A stretch of 64,000 bases of DNA from Phaeosaccion multiseriatum (lineage: Eukaryota > Protista > Ochrophyta, other classes): positions 1,054,001 through 1,118,000 of the forward strand of contig OZ218964.1 of NCBI GenBank assembly GCA_965112735.1. The letters are read 5' to 3'. Within the stretch, counting starts at the first letter, position 1, and every line of letters begins with the position of its first letter. Positions 39,701 through 51,400 of this stretch are shown here, one piece after another. The notes beneath the pieces were generated by a model. It saw nothing but the letters and a program-made list of their open reading frames with translations. It did not search any database and had not been told where the DNA came from. A program made the translations under genes and the position numbers.

Positions 39701-40779
39701 CAAAGACAAAACGTGAGAGAGGGGGAAGGGGGAGAAGACTGAATCCTGCATCGATACCCTGCCCTATACCCTGCCCTACCCTATACCCTACAGTATACCC
39801 TGCCCTATACCCTGCCCTACCCTATACCCTACAGTATACCCTATGCCCTACACCCTTTACCCTTTACCCTACCCTTTCCTACCCTTAACCCTTCCCTGCC
39901 CTATACCCTATACCCTACACCCTATACCCTATACCCTATACCCCTTCCCCCCCCTCTACACCCCATACTCCACACTCTATACCCTTTACCGTTTACCCTA
40001 CTGCTATATACCCTCCCGTATACACAACCCTGTACCCTATACCCTACCCGATACCCTATTCCCCTACCTTGAAGTTGAAGTCAATGTAGGGCCGTTCCAT
40101 GAAGGTAACGCAGAGGGCTCCGAAGCAGGGAAGCATGGGCACAAGGGGAACAAAGTCGATGCGGGGCTTGCAAGAGAGCTTGATGTTCTTCAGCTCAAGC
40201 ATCAGGGGTAAGCCTTTGCGCCCCACGGCAAGCAGGACGGACGAGTCGCCTGTGGTGGTGTGTGGTGTGTGAGAGGGGGAGGAAGAAGGGGGAGGGGAGG
40301 AAGAGAGCGAGGAGGAGGGGAGAGTTCAGCAAGCAAGTGGAAAGGCTCCCTCCTCACACACGCACCCACGCACCCGCCCGCACCCATCCACTATCCCTCC
40401 CCTTACCCACCGTACCGCACCTGCCCACTTGATCTCCAAATCGAGACTGACACATCCCTCCTCCATATCCAGAACTCGAACCCCCACAATCTTGGGTGCA
40501 ATGAGACCGAGGCTGAGTCGCTTAATGTCCAACGCGGTAATGCCGCCGGGCTTGCAACTGTCCAGGATTGGCTGCACGAGGGGCACAACGAGGGCCTCGA
40601 CGGCGCCGCTCAGAGGCTTCCAGGCCTTCTTTAGCACCTTGTTGAGCCACTCCGCCCGCTCCACCTAAGTGGTAAGGTTTGTGTATGTGTGTGTGTGAGA
40701 GAGAGAGAGAGAGGGAGAGAGTGTATGTGTGTGTTTGTGAGGAGGAGGGAAGAGGGTGTGTGTGTGTGAGAGAGAGAGG

Positions 40780-40810
<31 letters not shown>

Positions 40811-43800
40811 CGTGTATGTGTGTGTTTGTGAGGAGGAGGGAAGAGGGGTGTGTGTGAGAGACAGAGAGGGAAGAAGGGTGTGTGTGTGTGAGAGAGAGAG
40901 AGAGGGTGTGTGTGTGTGTGTGAGAGAGAGAGGGAGAGAGAGTGTATATGTGTGTGTGTGTGAGAGAGAGAGAGTGTGTGTGTGTGAGATAGAGGGTGTG
41001 TGTATCCTCCCCTGCCCCTCTGGCTCACCCACCCATCCACTGCCATCCGCTCGTCCCATGCCATCATCCCCCCCCCCCCCTCTCTCCCTCCTCCTCCTCC
41101 TCCTCCTCCTCCTCCTCCTCCTCCTCCTCCTCCTCCTCCTCCTCTCCCTCCTCCTCCTCCTCCTCCTCCTCCTCCTCCTCCTCCCTCACCTCAGAGTCCG
41201 TGTACCAGCCGGGCAGCTCCGAAGTGATGAGCTTGATCAAGGTTGGGCTCTGCACCACCCCAAGCGCAAATGCCACATCTGCCTGATCCTTCATATTCTG
41301 CGCGTAACTCAACAGAATAAACGACACCGGCAGCACCCAAATGAGCTTCCACTCCATGTAGCCCACCACATACGGCAGCACAGCAAGCGGTGTCAACCAC
41401 AGCGGGCTCACACTCCACGCATTGGACTCCTTTTTGAGGTTCTGAAGCTCCTTGGCAGCCTCCTTGGGCAGCCCCATGTCATTGAGATCGCCCCCCTTCT
41501 TCTTGGCGAGCTTCACCAGAGCGTTGTTGGCGAGCATACGGTGCTCGCGCTGGGCACGAGTCTTCTTGAGCTGCTGCACCGCCAGTTTCTGCAACGCCAT
41601 TTGTAACGGTGGTATGTAACGGTAGGTAGAGGACGGGAGGTTGAGCGAATAAGAGGGGATAGCAACAGAGGGTCTGCAACTCTTATCTTCTCCTCTCCTC
41701 TCCGTATCCGATTCGCCTGCGCGCCCGCCGCATCCCTTCGCGCCTCTTGCCCCAACACAGCCCCACTGCTGGCTGCTGATTACCCTCCCTCCCTCCCTCC
41801 CTCCGCCCCTCCCTCCCTCCCTCCCTCCCTCCCTCCCTCCGCCCCTCCCTCCCTCCCTCCCTCCCTCCGCCCCTCCCTCCCTCCCTCCCTCCCTCCCTCC
41901 CTCCGTCCGTCCGTCCCTCCCTTCCTCTCTCCCTCCCTACCTCCTTCCTTACTTCCTTCTGTCCCTTCCTCCCTCACTTCGCCTCACCTCTCGGACGTCA
42001 AGGGGCGTCTCGTCGATGAGTCCGTTGAGAACATGGCGAATGAGCAACAGCACATGCTCCAGCAGTACACCGAGCAGCACTTTGCCCTCGGTGGAGTGCG
42101 TCAGACTCTCGAGGGAGGTGGGAACCCAAGAGGACATGGTGTCGCTCACGAGGGCAAGGATGAAGCAGTTGGTGATGGTGGCGAAGATGGCCATCACCTA
42201 AGGGCCGGGGAGGGAGGGAAGGAGTGAAGGGAGGGAGGGAGAGAGGGAGAGGGAGGGGTGGTGGAGGGAGGGAGGGATGGATGGAGGGAGAGAGAGAGGG
42301 AGGGGGAGGGAGGGAGGGAGGGAAGGAGGGAGAGAGGGAGAGGGAGGGAGGGTGGGTGGAGGAAGGGGCAAGCAAGGAGAGAGACAGCGGGATAAGAGGG
42401 TGGTGTGCACGGCGACATCCAACATCCAAAGGTATACGGTATCGCAATCAACAACAACATCTCAACTGAAACCGTCAAAATGTCACCCTTTCCCCTCCAC
42501 ACGCCCACGCACCCACCCATGCACCCACCCTCTACCCCACACCCACGCCTTGCACCCCACACCACCGCACACCTCCAAGCATGTCATCCAGCCGCCAATG
42601 TTGGACACGCGCGAGACGAGGGGCCTCCTCGCCCTGCCCAGCTTCGCCAAATCGATGCGGTACTCAAAGTAATTGTTGACCAGCGCGCACAGAGGCGCCA
42701 GTGGGAACGCCACTGCGAACATGCTGCAGTACCCAAACTGAATAACCATCTCGAGGTAGTCGTCTTCAATCACCTCCTCGGGGCTCTGCAGGTCTCGCGT
42801 AAAGTCCTTCACAAGCTTCTCGTCTTCGTCCATCGTCTCGTCGTCGGCGTCACTTTCGCTCTCGGCGTCGCTATCCTCATCACTGTCATCATCCCTTTGC
42901 TTTGCTGCCTCAGCTGCTACCGTGCCCACTGCTTTCTGTACGAGCGAGACTCCAACCTTGGTGGCATTCGAGTCGTCTCCCTCTGCCCCCACCCCTGCTG
43001 CCGCCCCCGCCCCCCCCACCACTGCTGTATTACCAAAGGCCGGTTGCACTGCTGCAGTTCCTACTCCTTCGCCTGCGACTTCCGCCACTGCCCCCGCTGC
43101 GGCGGCCACGGGATCAGTCACTGACGCATCAACCTCAGCAGGCGGTGCCCTGAGCTGGTCCAGGTGCTGCTTAGCCAGCTTGGCACGCTTTGCCCACTTG
43201 CGCTTGAGCTTGGGAATGCCAATCTCCATCATGTTGCCAACAATCTTACAAATGGCGGTGGATGGATGGTGGCAGTAGATGGCAGTGAGTAACAGTGAAT
43301 GGGAGGATTGTGAGTTGTGGGGTCACCATATGTAACTGTCGGACGGCCTTCTCACTCGCAACGTGGGTATCTGACCTACTTCCCTCCCTCCCTCCGTCCC
43401 TCTCTCCGTCCCTCTCTCCGTCCCTCCCTCCCTCCCTCCCTCCCTCCCTCCCTCCCTCCTCCCCACCTGCTTAGTGAAGGTGAGTGTGAAGAGCATGCCC
43501 CTAAGCTGCGCCATGTCCTGCAAGACGAAGCAAGCGTAGAAGAGGGCGGAGTAGCAGTTGACGAACTGGAAGGCGAACATCTTGATGATGAGCATGCGCT
43601 TGGCGATGTAGGCGGTGGGGTGCTCTGGTGGGTAGGGAGAGAGACAGAGGGAGGAGGGGGGAGGGAGGGATGGGATGGGATGGGAGAGAGAGAGAGAGAA
43701 AGAGGGGGGGAAGGGAGAGAGAGGCGGGGTGAGAGAGGGAGGGAAGGGGAGTGGTCAGTTCAGTAGCAGTGTAAGTAGTAGTGTAAGAAGTAGTAGAAGT

Positions 43801-43923
43801 GGTAGTAGTAGTAGCAGTAGTAGTAGTATTAGTAGTAGTAGTAGTGGTAGCAGCAGTAGTAGTAGTAGTAGTAGTAGCAGCAGTAGTAGTAGCAGCAGTA
43901 GTAGCAGCAGTAGTAGTAGCAGC

Positions 43924-43964
<41 letters not shown>

Positions 43965-46900
43965 GAGTAGGAGCGGTAGTAGCACCGGCGAAGGGTCCAG
44001 TAACAGGGTAAGCGATCAGAGACACAACGACCATGTGGTACAAGTGCTCTCCCCGTCCACTGCCATCCACTACCATGCACTGCCACATCCCAAACCCTCT
44101 GCCATCCACTGCCATCCTTCACCTTCAAAGGCGTTGAGCTTGTTGGCGAGCACGGTGTATACCTCGGAGCACACGAGGGGGACCACGGAATAAATGACCA
44201 GCGGCCAGTAGCGCAGAGGAGAGGTGGCGGGGTAGTCTGAAGAGAGGGGGGCGGGGCGAGGGGGAGATGCAGAGAGAGGCAGGACGGAGGGCAAGAAGGG
44301 AGGGAGGGAGGGAGGGAGGGAGGGAGGGAGGGAGGGAGAGAGTGCGTATGTATGTGAAAGAGAGAAAAGGGAGAGGGAGAGATAGGGAGGGAGATAAGAG
44401 AGAGAGTGTACGTGTCAAAGAGGGAAGGGGGAGAGAGAGAGGGGGTGAGTGAGAGAGTGACAGAGACAGCAAAGGATGGCAATGGATGGCAGAGAGGGGG
44501 GTGGGCGGCACGGGATGGGGGCGCACCACCACCACCGCGAGTGAGGAGGAGGTCTCTCGACACTGCACTCGTGAGGCACAGAAGGGCTGGAGGGCAACTA
44601 GCTCACAGGCTAACAAACCATCCCATGTATACCAATACCTACACTTCGCCCCTCCCTCCTCCTCCTCCACCTCCACCTCCTCCTCCTCCCCCTCCTCCTC
44701 CCCCTTCTCCTCCTCCTCGTCCTCGTCCTCCTCCTCCTCCTCTTCCTCCTCCTCCTCCTCCTCCTGCGCATCGCAGAACGCACCTCTGTAGGCGTCTGCG
44801 GGTGGGAGGGAGGGAGATGGAGGGGGGGAGAGGGGGAGGGAGGGAAAGGGAGGGGAAGGGGGAGGGGGGGGGGGAGAGGGCGGGGAAGGGGGAGGGGAGG
44901 GGGGAGGGGGAGGGGGGGGGAGGGAAAGGATGGGGAAGGGGAGGGAGGGAGGGAGGGAGAGGGGAGTCAAGAGACATGGTACGCATACGGGTGAGAAGAG
45001 GAAAAGCAGAGCAGAGCAGTGCTTGTGTGTGTGTGAGGCCCTTCCTCACTGACTTACTGTTGGAGAGCTCGATGCAGTAGAGCATGATCTTGATGACGAA
45101 GTAAATGGACATGAAGATGATGGGCACGGTGATGCCGTACTAAGAGAGGTCAAGAGGGGAGGGGTTTGGGGGTGAATGCGTTGGTTTACCCCATGCCCAG
45201 TCATGCCCATGCAAGCAAGCAAGCAAGCAAACAAGAAGCAAAGATAGACAGCAAGCTAGTTACGTGTGCCCACTTAACAACATGACAATCTGACTTCGCC
45301 CACCCACTAACGCTACTAGTCACTAAACAGCAACTATACAAGCCACGTCACTAACCTTGGTGGCGGGGGAGGTCTTGGGCATGCCTGCCTTCTCAGCGAT
45401 GGCCTCCAAGTTGGTCTCCTCCTCCACCCCATGCACATCCCACTTCAGCGCCACCTTGCTGTTCTCGCGCTTCCAGAACTGCAGCCACACCTGTTGGTGA
45501 TATGGTACGGTGGTGTAAGTGTGGCAACAAGCAGCCAGGCAAGAGGTGTGAGAGAGAGAGAGAGAGAGATGACGACGATGACGGAAGGAGGGCATGAATG
45601 ATGTGTGAGAAATGCGTCATTTCCAGGTTTAGGAGTACGGCCCGGCTGGTCCACACAACCAGAAGAGGACTGCCATACACACGCACTCGCACTGCACGCA
45701 ACTCACTCACTCACTGACTCACTCTCCCCCTCCCTCACTCCCCCCATACCTCTCCCCTTCCCTCTCCTCAACTCACGGTGGACCACATCGCCACTACGAT
45801 GCAGAAGGCAGGTACGAGTCCATCATCTCTGTCTCCAATGATCCACTCCCGCAAGAAGAGCAGCAGCCCGAAGCCCGCCGGGGCGACGAGGGCCCAGGTG
45901 TAGTAGCGCTGCCAGGCGAAGTACATGGCCACACCCGAGCCAAAGTAGGCGTCCACTTTGTCGGCCGACTTGTCCCGCATGAGCTCCTGGTAAGGGAGGG
46001 GGGGGGCGGGCGTGTGTGTGAAGGAGAGGGGGTGGGGAGGGGCTTGGTTGGGTGGGTTTCGGCGGTTTCGGCCGTTTCGTTTCGACGATATCTGGGGCAA
46101 TATCGGATCGCGAGAAACTGATCCGCGCCCCCCGCTGGCCACTTGTAGACACTTTTGTGTGTGTCACTTCCCTCGCAGGGAGTCTCTTGACATGTAGAGA
46201 AGACGTCATTATGGGTCATTATGTGTCTTCGATCGGGGCGGGGGAAGTGTAGAGTACAAATACAAATGCATCTTCTTGACGTCCTACAGAAATGGTCCTA
46301 ACGTAACTGTAACTAGCGCTATACCTCACCTTCAATTGCTTGCGGTCGTGCAGGAGAAAGATGTTCGTGAACACAAGGTCGGATCTAGGGCACACGGACA
46401 CAGCGAAAGGAGGGTTCGGCCCAGGGGGGAGGCGACGAGGCGTGAGAGAGATGAGATAGAGGAGAGCAGAGATCGGGGGGAGGTAATGCGATGAGAAGAA
46501 AGGAAGGAAGGAAAGCGGTGTCGCCACACACACAAAGGGAGAGGGGTGGACAGCGCAGACTTGAAGAAAGACGTTCTCCCCACGACAGCACCTCTGGATG
46601 ATGAGGATGGCCTGCTCTGCCAGCCTTGCCCTCTCCTTGGGCTTGTAGTCAGTTCCCTCTTTGAGGCGGGGAAGGTCCACAATGAGGGCGCACTTGAGAA
46701 GCAAACGGGGCCCCAAGGCCACCGCGATCTGCGGACGCGGGTATTGAAGAGAAACAAGAAATATTTGTCGATCGCCCCATCTTTCTAACAGTATCCGCGC
46801 AGTCCCTCCCCTTTCCGTACTCCCCATGCCGCACCCGACCCTTTGTCATACCCCACACGCACATACGCTGCCGCCCCTGCCAATTATTCACGGTGCTCTT

Positions 46901-47230
46901 TGAACCTTCTCAGAACAGTGGTTTTTCTTCCATCGCACCCACCGTGTAGGTCTCGTCCTCTTCCTTGAACACATGCGAGATGAGGAAGCCTCGCTCCCGC
47001 AAGAGCTGCTCCACGACAACCCTGTCTCCCCACACGCCTGTGATGCCGATCTCCGCTTTCTTTATGCTTGCGGCGGCCCCAGCTGCCTTGGCATTTCCAA
47101 CCACGTTCGCTTCAGCTGTAACCTCCTGCGCAGCCTTGGCGAACATATCCGCGGCACTTGGCGAGTGCACGGACATCTCTTCTATGTCTCCCCTTATTCT
47201 CTCTCGGCTCGGTGTGCACCCCGGCACCAT
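36074..47230 (-). CDS. Anoctamin/TMEM16 fused to an extended-synaptotagmin-type hairpin-SMP-C2-C2 module (22 exons, about 1478 aa)
   Basis: Anoctamin exons 47230-46943, 46728-46592, 46384-46330, 45986-45777, 45490-45356, 45139-45058, 44795-44607, 44236-44123, 43624-43467, 43244-42573, 42197-41988 ([40 protein letters not shown]...[20 protein letters not shown]). Phase-0 intron 41987-41589. Then exons 41588-41190, 40664-40421, 40249-40068, 39657-39583, 39158-38931, 38781-38704, 38467-37897, 37602-37466, 37088-37016, 36570-36422, 36124-36074 ([37 protein letters not shown]). All phases are consistent. Each half is confident (about 0.9); the fusion is less so. Confidence 0.75.
36822..36875. repeat. 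11-bp intronic minisatellite (TTGACCATTGC)n
   Basis: About 4.5 copies visible. Confidence 0.85.
39755..40060. repeat. Degenerate CCCTATA/CCCTAC telomere-like tandem array inside an intron
   Basis: Dozens of CCCTATA, CCCTAC and CCCTG units between the exons at 40068 and 39657. Confidence 0.8.
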
Positions 47231-47438
47231 TTAGTGGGTGGGGGGGGGGAAGGGAACGAAGATCCAGATCGCATTTGAGAATTGTGCGTCGGCCGCTCCC
47301 GTGCAAATGGCAACATCCCGGATTCTACCCCCCCAATTCTTTTTCACGCACCGAAATCACGAAGAGCAGCTGCAAAAGAGAGAGAGAAATTTACAGCTGG
47401 GTTCGTGTGGCCTCGGTGCCTTGCTGCGTACAGTGGAT

Positions 47439-48278
47439 ATGATGCTGGAGGTGAAGGAGGTGAAGAGGGCGGTCAAAGCAACAGAGCGGAGGCTCAATGC
47501 GGCCGAAAGGGCTTTGGCGAAGCAGCACCGTCGTTGGTCTGTGGGCCCCTTGGTGTTAAAATGCCAATTGTGGTCGATGACTCGGCAAATCGCGGCTGAT
47601 ATCCTGCATATGCTTGGCTATTGTTTCAGCGGCGGCTTGATGGCCTTTGGGCTACATTACACTGACTACGTGTTGTTATGGTTGGGGATCACCATTACAA
47701 TCCTCAACTTTGTAGGATATTATCGATTGGCGCTCCGGAGCGTCTCGATTGGGCAGCCGATGCAGCAACACCAGCAGGAGGGAGGTGGGGGAGGAGAGGC
47801 TGAAGAGGGGTGGATGCCGCTGCTGGGCCTGGTGCGCGCAAGGCAAGAACAAGAAGGAGGAGGCGGGGGAGATTCGCCCCCTGACTTTACTCTCGCTGTG
47901 GAGGCCTCGCGGCGCCTAAGGGTCCTTCTCCAAGACGCCAAGGGGGGTCTGGAGGACCATCAGCATGGTGGTCGCTTCTCCGAGGCGGAATCATCAACCC
48001 TCGTCGCGCAACTGCTCTCCGCGGCGTTGGAGGTAGAGGACATGGTGAGGGGCGTCGAGCGGCTGATGGAGGAGAGGCAGTTGGCGGCGGAGAAGGAGGC
48101 CGGGGTAATTAGATTCGAAAACCGCAGCACGTGTTTTCAGGCCTGCTATTGGGTTTGCTTTGTTGCATTTCTTCCTTTTTCGCAGCCCCCTCAATTCTTT
48201 TTCTCTTGTTCACTCCTGGTACTCTATGTAGCTTCTTGGGCCAAAAGGGTCTTCCATAAGTGGCTGGAAGCCAAATGA
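47439..48278 (+). CDS. Unassigned membrane protein family, copy 1 (intronless, about 279 aa)
   Basis: MMLEVKEVK start shared with copies 2 and 3; N-terminal helix, two TM segments, coiled coil, C-terminal TM segment(s). Confidence 0.7.
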   Translation: MMLEVKEVKRAVKATERRLNAAERALAKQHRRWSVGPLVLKCQLWSMTRQIAADILHMLGYCFSGGLMAFGLHYTDYVLLWLGITITILNFVGYYRLALRSVSIGQPMQQHQQEGGGGGEAEEGWMPLLGLVRARQEQEGGGGGDSPPDFTLAVEASRRLRVLLQDAKGGLEDHQHGGRFSEAESSTLVAQLLSAALEVEDMVRGVERLMEERQLAAEKEAGVIRFENRSTCFQACYWVCFVAFLPFSQPPQFFFSCSLLVLYVASWAKRVFHKWLEAK

Positions 48279-48655
48279 GCCCCCCCCCTCTTCCCTAATG
48301 CCTCTTTTACCGAGTTGAGTAGAGTTTTTGTTACGCATCCCGGGTAGCAGTGGGCAGCAGTAAGACCCTCAAAAAAACTAAAATCGCACTGAATTACGCT
48401 AATCGGCTTTTAAGGGTGTCCTTTATCTGTGATTTATTTATAAAAAAAAAAAGGAAGTATTAGCAGCATGCCAACAACCACAACGCAGACACCCCGTTTG
48501 CAGGTTGTGACCATCCGGCGACCCCCCCTTGTTTTGTCAAAAGCTCCGCGCAGGGCAGGGCATCCCAACCAATCCAGGGGTTCGTCCAAGCATGACGTCC
48601 TTCCACCGTTCTTGGTGACGAGGGCCCTCACAGCCCGACGCCCTGACATCTTTTG

Positions 48656-48815
48656 TGGCTTGGCTGGTCAATGGCTTGGCTGGTCAATGGCTTGGCTGGT
48701 CAATGGCTTGGCTGGTCAATGGCTTGGCTGGTCAATGGCTTGGCTGGTCAATGGCTTGGCTGGTCAATGGCTTGGCTGGTCAATGGCTTGGCTGGTCAAT
48801 GGCTTGGCTGGTCAA
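48656..48815. repeat. Perfect 16-bp minisatellite (TGGCTTGGCTGGTCAA) x10
   Basis: Ten identical head-to-tail units with no spacers. Confidence 0.95.
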
Positions 48816-49138
48816 GTCAAGGCGGGTGGCCTGGCTGCCATGCACAAGAACTGCACAACAGGACTAGAGAGAGAGAGGCAGAGCGAGAGAGGTTGAATAG
48901 GGAGGGCGTGAGGACTGAAAAAATGAAACCGAAAGGGCGTGTGGGTAGAGAAAAACTTAGAAAGAAGAAAGAGAAAAAAAAGTATGTCATCAACGCCGAG
49001 AAATTCTTCGAACGTATCGAAATCACGGAAAAAAAACGCGAACAGCGCCTCGGTGCCTTGCTGCGACAGTGGAAGGAAGAGAGAGAAGAATTTACAGCGG
49101 GGTTCGTGTGGCCTCGGTGCCTTGCTGCGACAGTGGAT

Positions 49139-49930
49139 ATGATGCTGGAGGTGAAGGAGGTGAAGAGGGCGGTCAAAGCAACAGAGCGGAGGGTCAATGC
49201 GGCTGATAGGGCGTTGGTGAAGCAGTACCGGCGTTGGTCTGTGGGCCCCATGGTGCCCAAATACCAATTGTGGTCGTTGGGTCGGCAATGCGCGGCTTTT
49301 TTGCTGGCCTGGCTTGTGTCTGCTTTCTGCGGCTTCTTGTATGTCTTCGGGATGTTCTACCGCGGCAGTGGCATCATTCGTGTTCTGTACTGTACAGTCC
49401 TTTTACTACTACTGAAGGGTTTTTATCAATTGGGGTTCCAGAGGGTCCCGATTGGGCAGTCGGTGCAGCAGGCCCAACACCAGCAGGAGGGAGGTGGGGG
49501 AGGAGAGGCTGAAGAGGGGTGGATGCCGCTGCTGGGCCTAGTGCGCGCAAGGCAAGAACAAGAAGAAGGAGGCGGGGGAGATTCGCCCCCTGACTTTACT
49601 CTCGCTGTGGAGGCCTCGCGGCGCCTAAGGGTCCTTCTCCAAGACGCCAAGGGGGGTCTGGAGCACCATCAGCGTGGTCGCTTCTTCGAGGCGGCTTCAC
49701 CAACCCTCGCCGCCGACCTGCGCTCCGCTGTGTGCAATTTGGAGGAAAAAGTGAAGGGCGTCGAGCGGCTGGTGGAGGAGAGGCAGTTGGCGGCGGAGAA
49801 GGAGGCCGGGGTAATTAGATTCGGAAACCGCAGCACGTGTTTTCAGGCCTGCTATTGGGTTTGCTACACATGTTGCATGGTCATCAGTGTGTGGTTCGGC
49901 TACGTTTTATCTCGCGCCGTTTATTTTTGA
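49139..49930 (+). CDS. Unassigned membrane protein family, copy 2 (intronless, about 263 aa)
   Basis: Paralog of the 47439 and 51401 ORFs; shares the upstream leader GGGTTCGTGTGGCCTCGGTGCCTTGCTGCG with both and the 3' flank with copy 1. Confidence 0.7.
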   Translation: MMLEVKEVKRAVKATERRVNAADRALVKQYRRWSVGPMVPKYQLWSLGRQCAAFLLAWLVSAFCGFLYVFGMFYRGSGIIRVLYCTVLLLLLKGFYQLGFQRVPIGQSVQQAQHQQEGGGGGEAEEGWMPLLGLVRARQEQEEGGGGDSPPDFTLAVEASRRLRVLLQDAKGGLEHHQRGRFFEAASPTLAADLRSAVCNLEEKVKGVERLVEERQLAAEKEAGVIRFGNRSTCFQACYWVCYTCCMVISVWFGYVLSRAVYF

Positions 49931-50197
49931 TGAAGGTACCATGTTTTGAGGATGTTAGCTACGGCAGGTGTGTGTACACTGGGGGTCCAATGGACGTCCC
50001 TCCCCACCCCCCCCCTAAGTAATGCCTCTGGCTGTCGCTGTCGCCGAGTTGAGCAATGTGTTTTTGTTTTTGGTACGCATCCCGGGTAGCGGTAGGCAAG
50101 GGAAGTGCAGTAAGACCCTCAGAGCTGATGGAAATATTAGGCCGGTGGTTGCTCTTAGGTACTACGAAGTATATTAGATGTACATTATATAGTTAAA

Positions 50198-50663
50198 GCA
50201 CGAGCACGCACTTCAGTCCCCTCATTCGCCGTGCAGCGCCAGCAGCCGCTCCACCCTCTTGAGCTCCTCCTCGAGCCCGCGCACTGCCTGTGCCTGGGCC
50301 TGGGCCGTGGGCTGCCGTCCTGACTGGCGCTGTCTGTGCGTGTACCTGCACCACAGCACCAAAGCCACCCCTTGTCCTTCCAGCCAGGGGGGTGCCTCCT
50401 ATCCCCAGCAGGAGTAGCAGGAGGAGCACCACTACCAGGAGGAGAGGTTGGTGATACAGTAGCAGGAGCAGAGGCACTTCGACGGCCCCTTCGTGGGCCC
50501 CCCTGCTTCCCCTTCCTCTTCCCCCCCCCCCCACCCCTGCCTGCTCGTCTTCCTTCCCCCTCTTCCTGTTTTGCCTTCGCCGCAGTCGCTCCTGCTGCTG
50601 CTCCTTCTGCTCCTGCTGCTGGGCCCTTGCCCCCCCGGGGCTGGCCTCAAGCAGTCTCTCCGA
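50198..50663 (-). pseudogene. Truncated duplicate of the last exon/3' end of the gene ending at 52554
   Basis: Near-identical to 52530-52988 with small indels; similarity breaks after CTCTCCGA at 50663/52988. Confidence 0.85.
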
Positions 50664-51099
50664 TAGAGAGAGGGAGAGAGGGAGAGAGAGGGAGTAGTAT
50701 GGGAGGGGGGAGGCAGGGGGGCCCGCAGGAGGGGCAAAACATATCGGTGGAGGAACAGTCCATCTGGATGGTACGGGAAAACCGGCTGTGGTTCACGAGC
50801 AAGAGGGAGAGAAGGGCGGGCGTGAGACCAGCAGCGCAGAGTAGTCTAATGAAATGGAAAGGGAGAGAGGAGGAAAAAAAAACATACAGAAAATAGAAAG
50901 AAGAAAAGAGCGGGAAAAAAATTCGTTGACTTAGCCCAACCTACTCAGAGCATTCCGTACGATAGGGGGGGAAATTCAAGTGGTCGTAGTGCGCACGTGT
51001 CGGACTCCTCACGTGCGATAGTCTTTTCATAGCAGGAGATCTTTCCTCCGTAAGTAATTTACTCTGTCTTTCACCAAGGCTTTTTCTCGTCTCTCGGCT

Positions 51100-51234
51100 C
51101 TCCATCCGTCTACGCTTGCTTGCCAGCGCTTCCTTCTCTCTTTCCATTCTCCATCCGTCTACGCTTGCCAGCGCTTCCTTCTCTCTTTCCATTCTCCATC
51201 CGTCTACGCTTGCCAGCGCTTCCTTCTCTCTTTC
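51100..51234. repeat. 45-bp tandem repeat x3
   Basis: CTCCATCCGTCTACGCTTGCCAGCGCTTCCTTCTCTCTTTCCATT repeated three times. Confidence 0.9.
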
Positions 51235-51400
51235 CGTACTACAACACTTTTATTGTGTCAAGCAACACAATGACTCCTACATGATGTACAAGTACGCGAA
51301 GAAAGAGAGAGGAAAAGAAGAAGAAGGAAGAGAAGAAGAGATAGAGAAGAATTTACAGCGGGGTTCGTGTGGCCTCGGTGCCTTGCTGCGCACAGTGGAT

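Noticed and set aside
41598-41600. ATG as the start of an independent E-Syt gene
   Set aside because: Disfavoured but not excluded: it lies within a pyrimidine-rich acceptor region, 12 nt before an in-phase CAG, and only about 350 bp from the anoctamin read-through stop
48656-48815. CRISPR-like array
   Set aside because: Identical 16-bp units are contiguous with no spacers, there are no cas genes, and the context is eukaryotic
48653-49138. N-terminal extension of the 425-aa ORF (WLGWSMAWLVNGLAGQ repeats)
   Set aside because: It is a translation of the minisatellite; the paralogs agree on the MMLEVKEV start. The same applies to the extensions of ORFs 47238 and 51116.
50915-51062. Possible snRNA/snoRNA on the minus strand (TTACTTAC start, AAGACTAT, Sm-like AATTTTTT, GCACGTG hairpin)
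   Set aside because: Only short partial matches to U1/U3/U4 and no convincing overall structure; an Infernal/Rfam search would be needed
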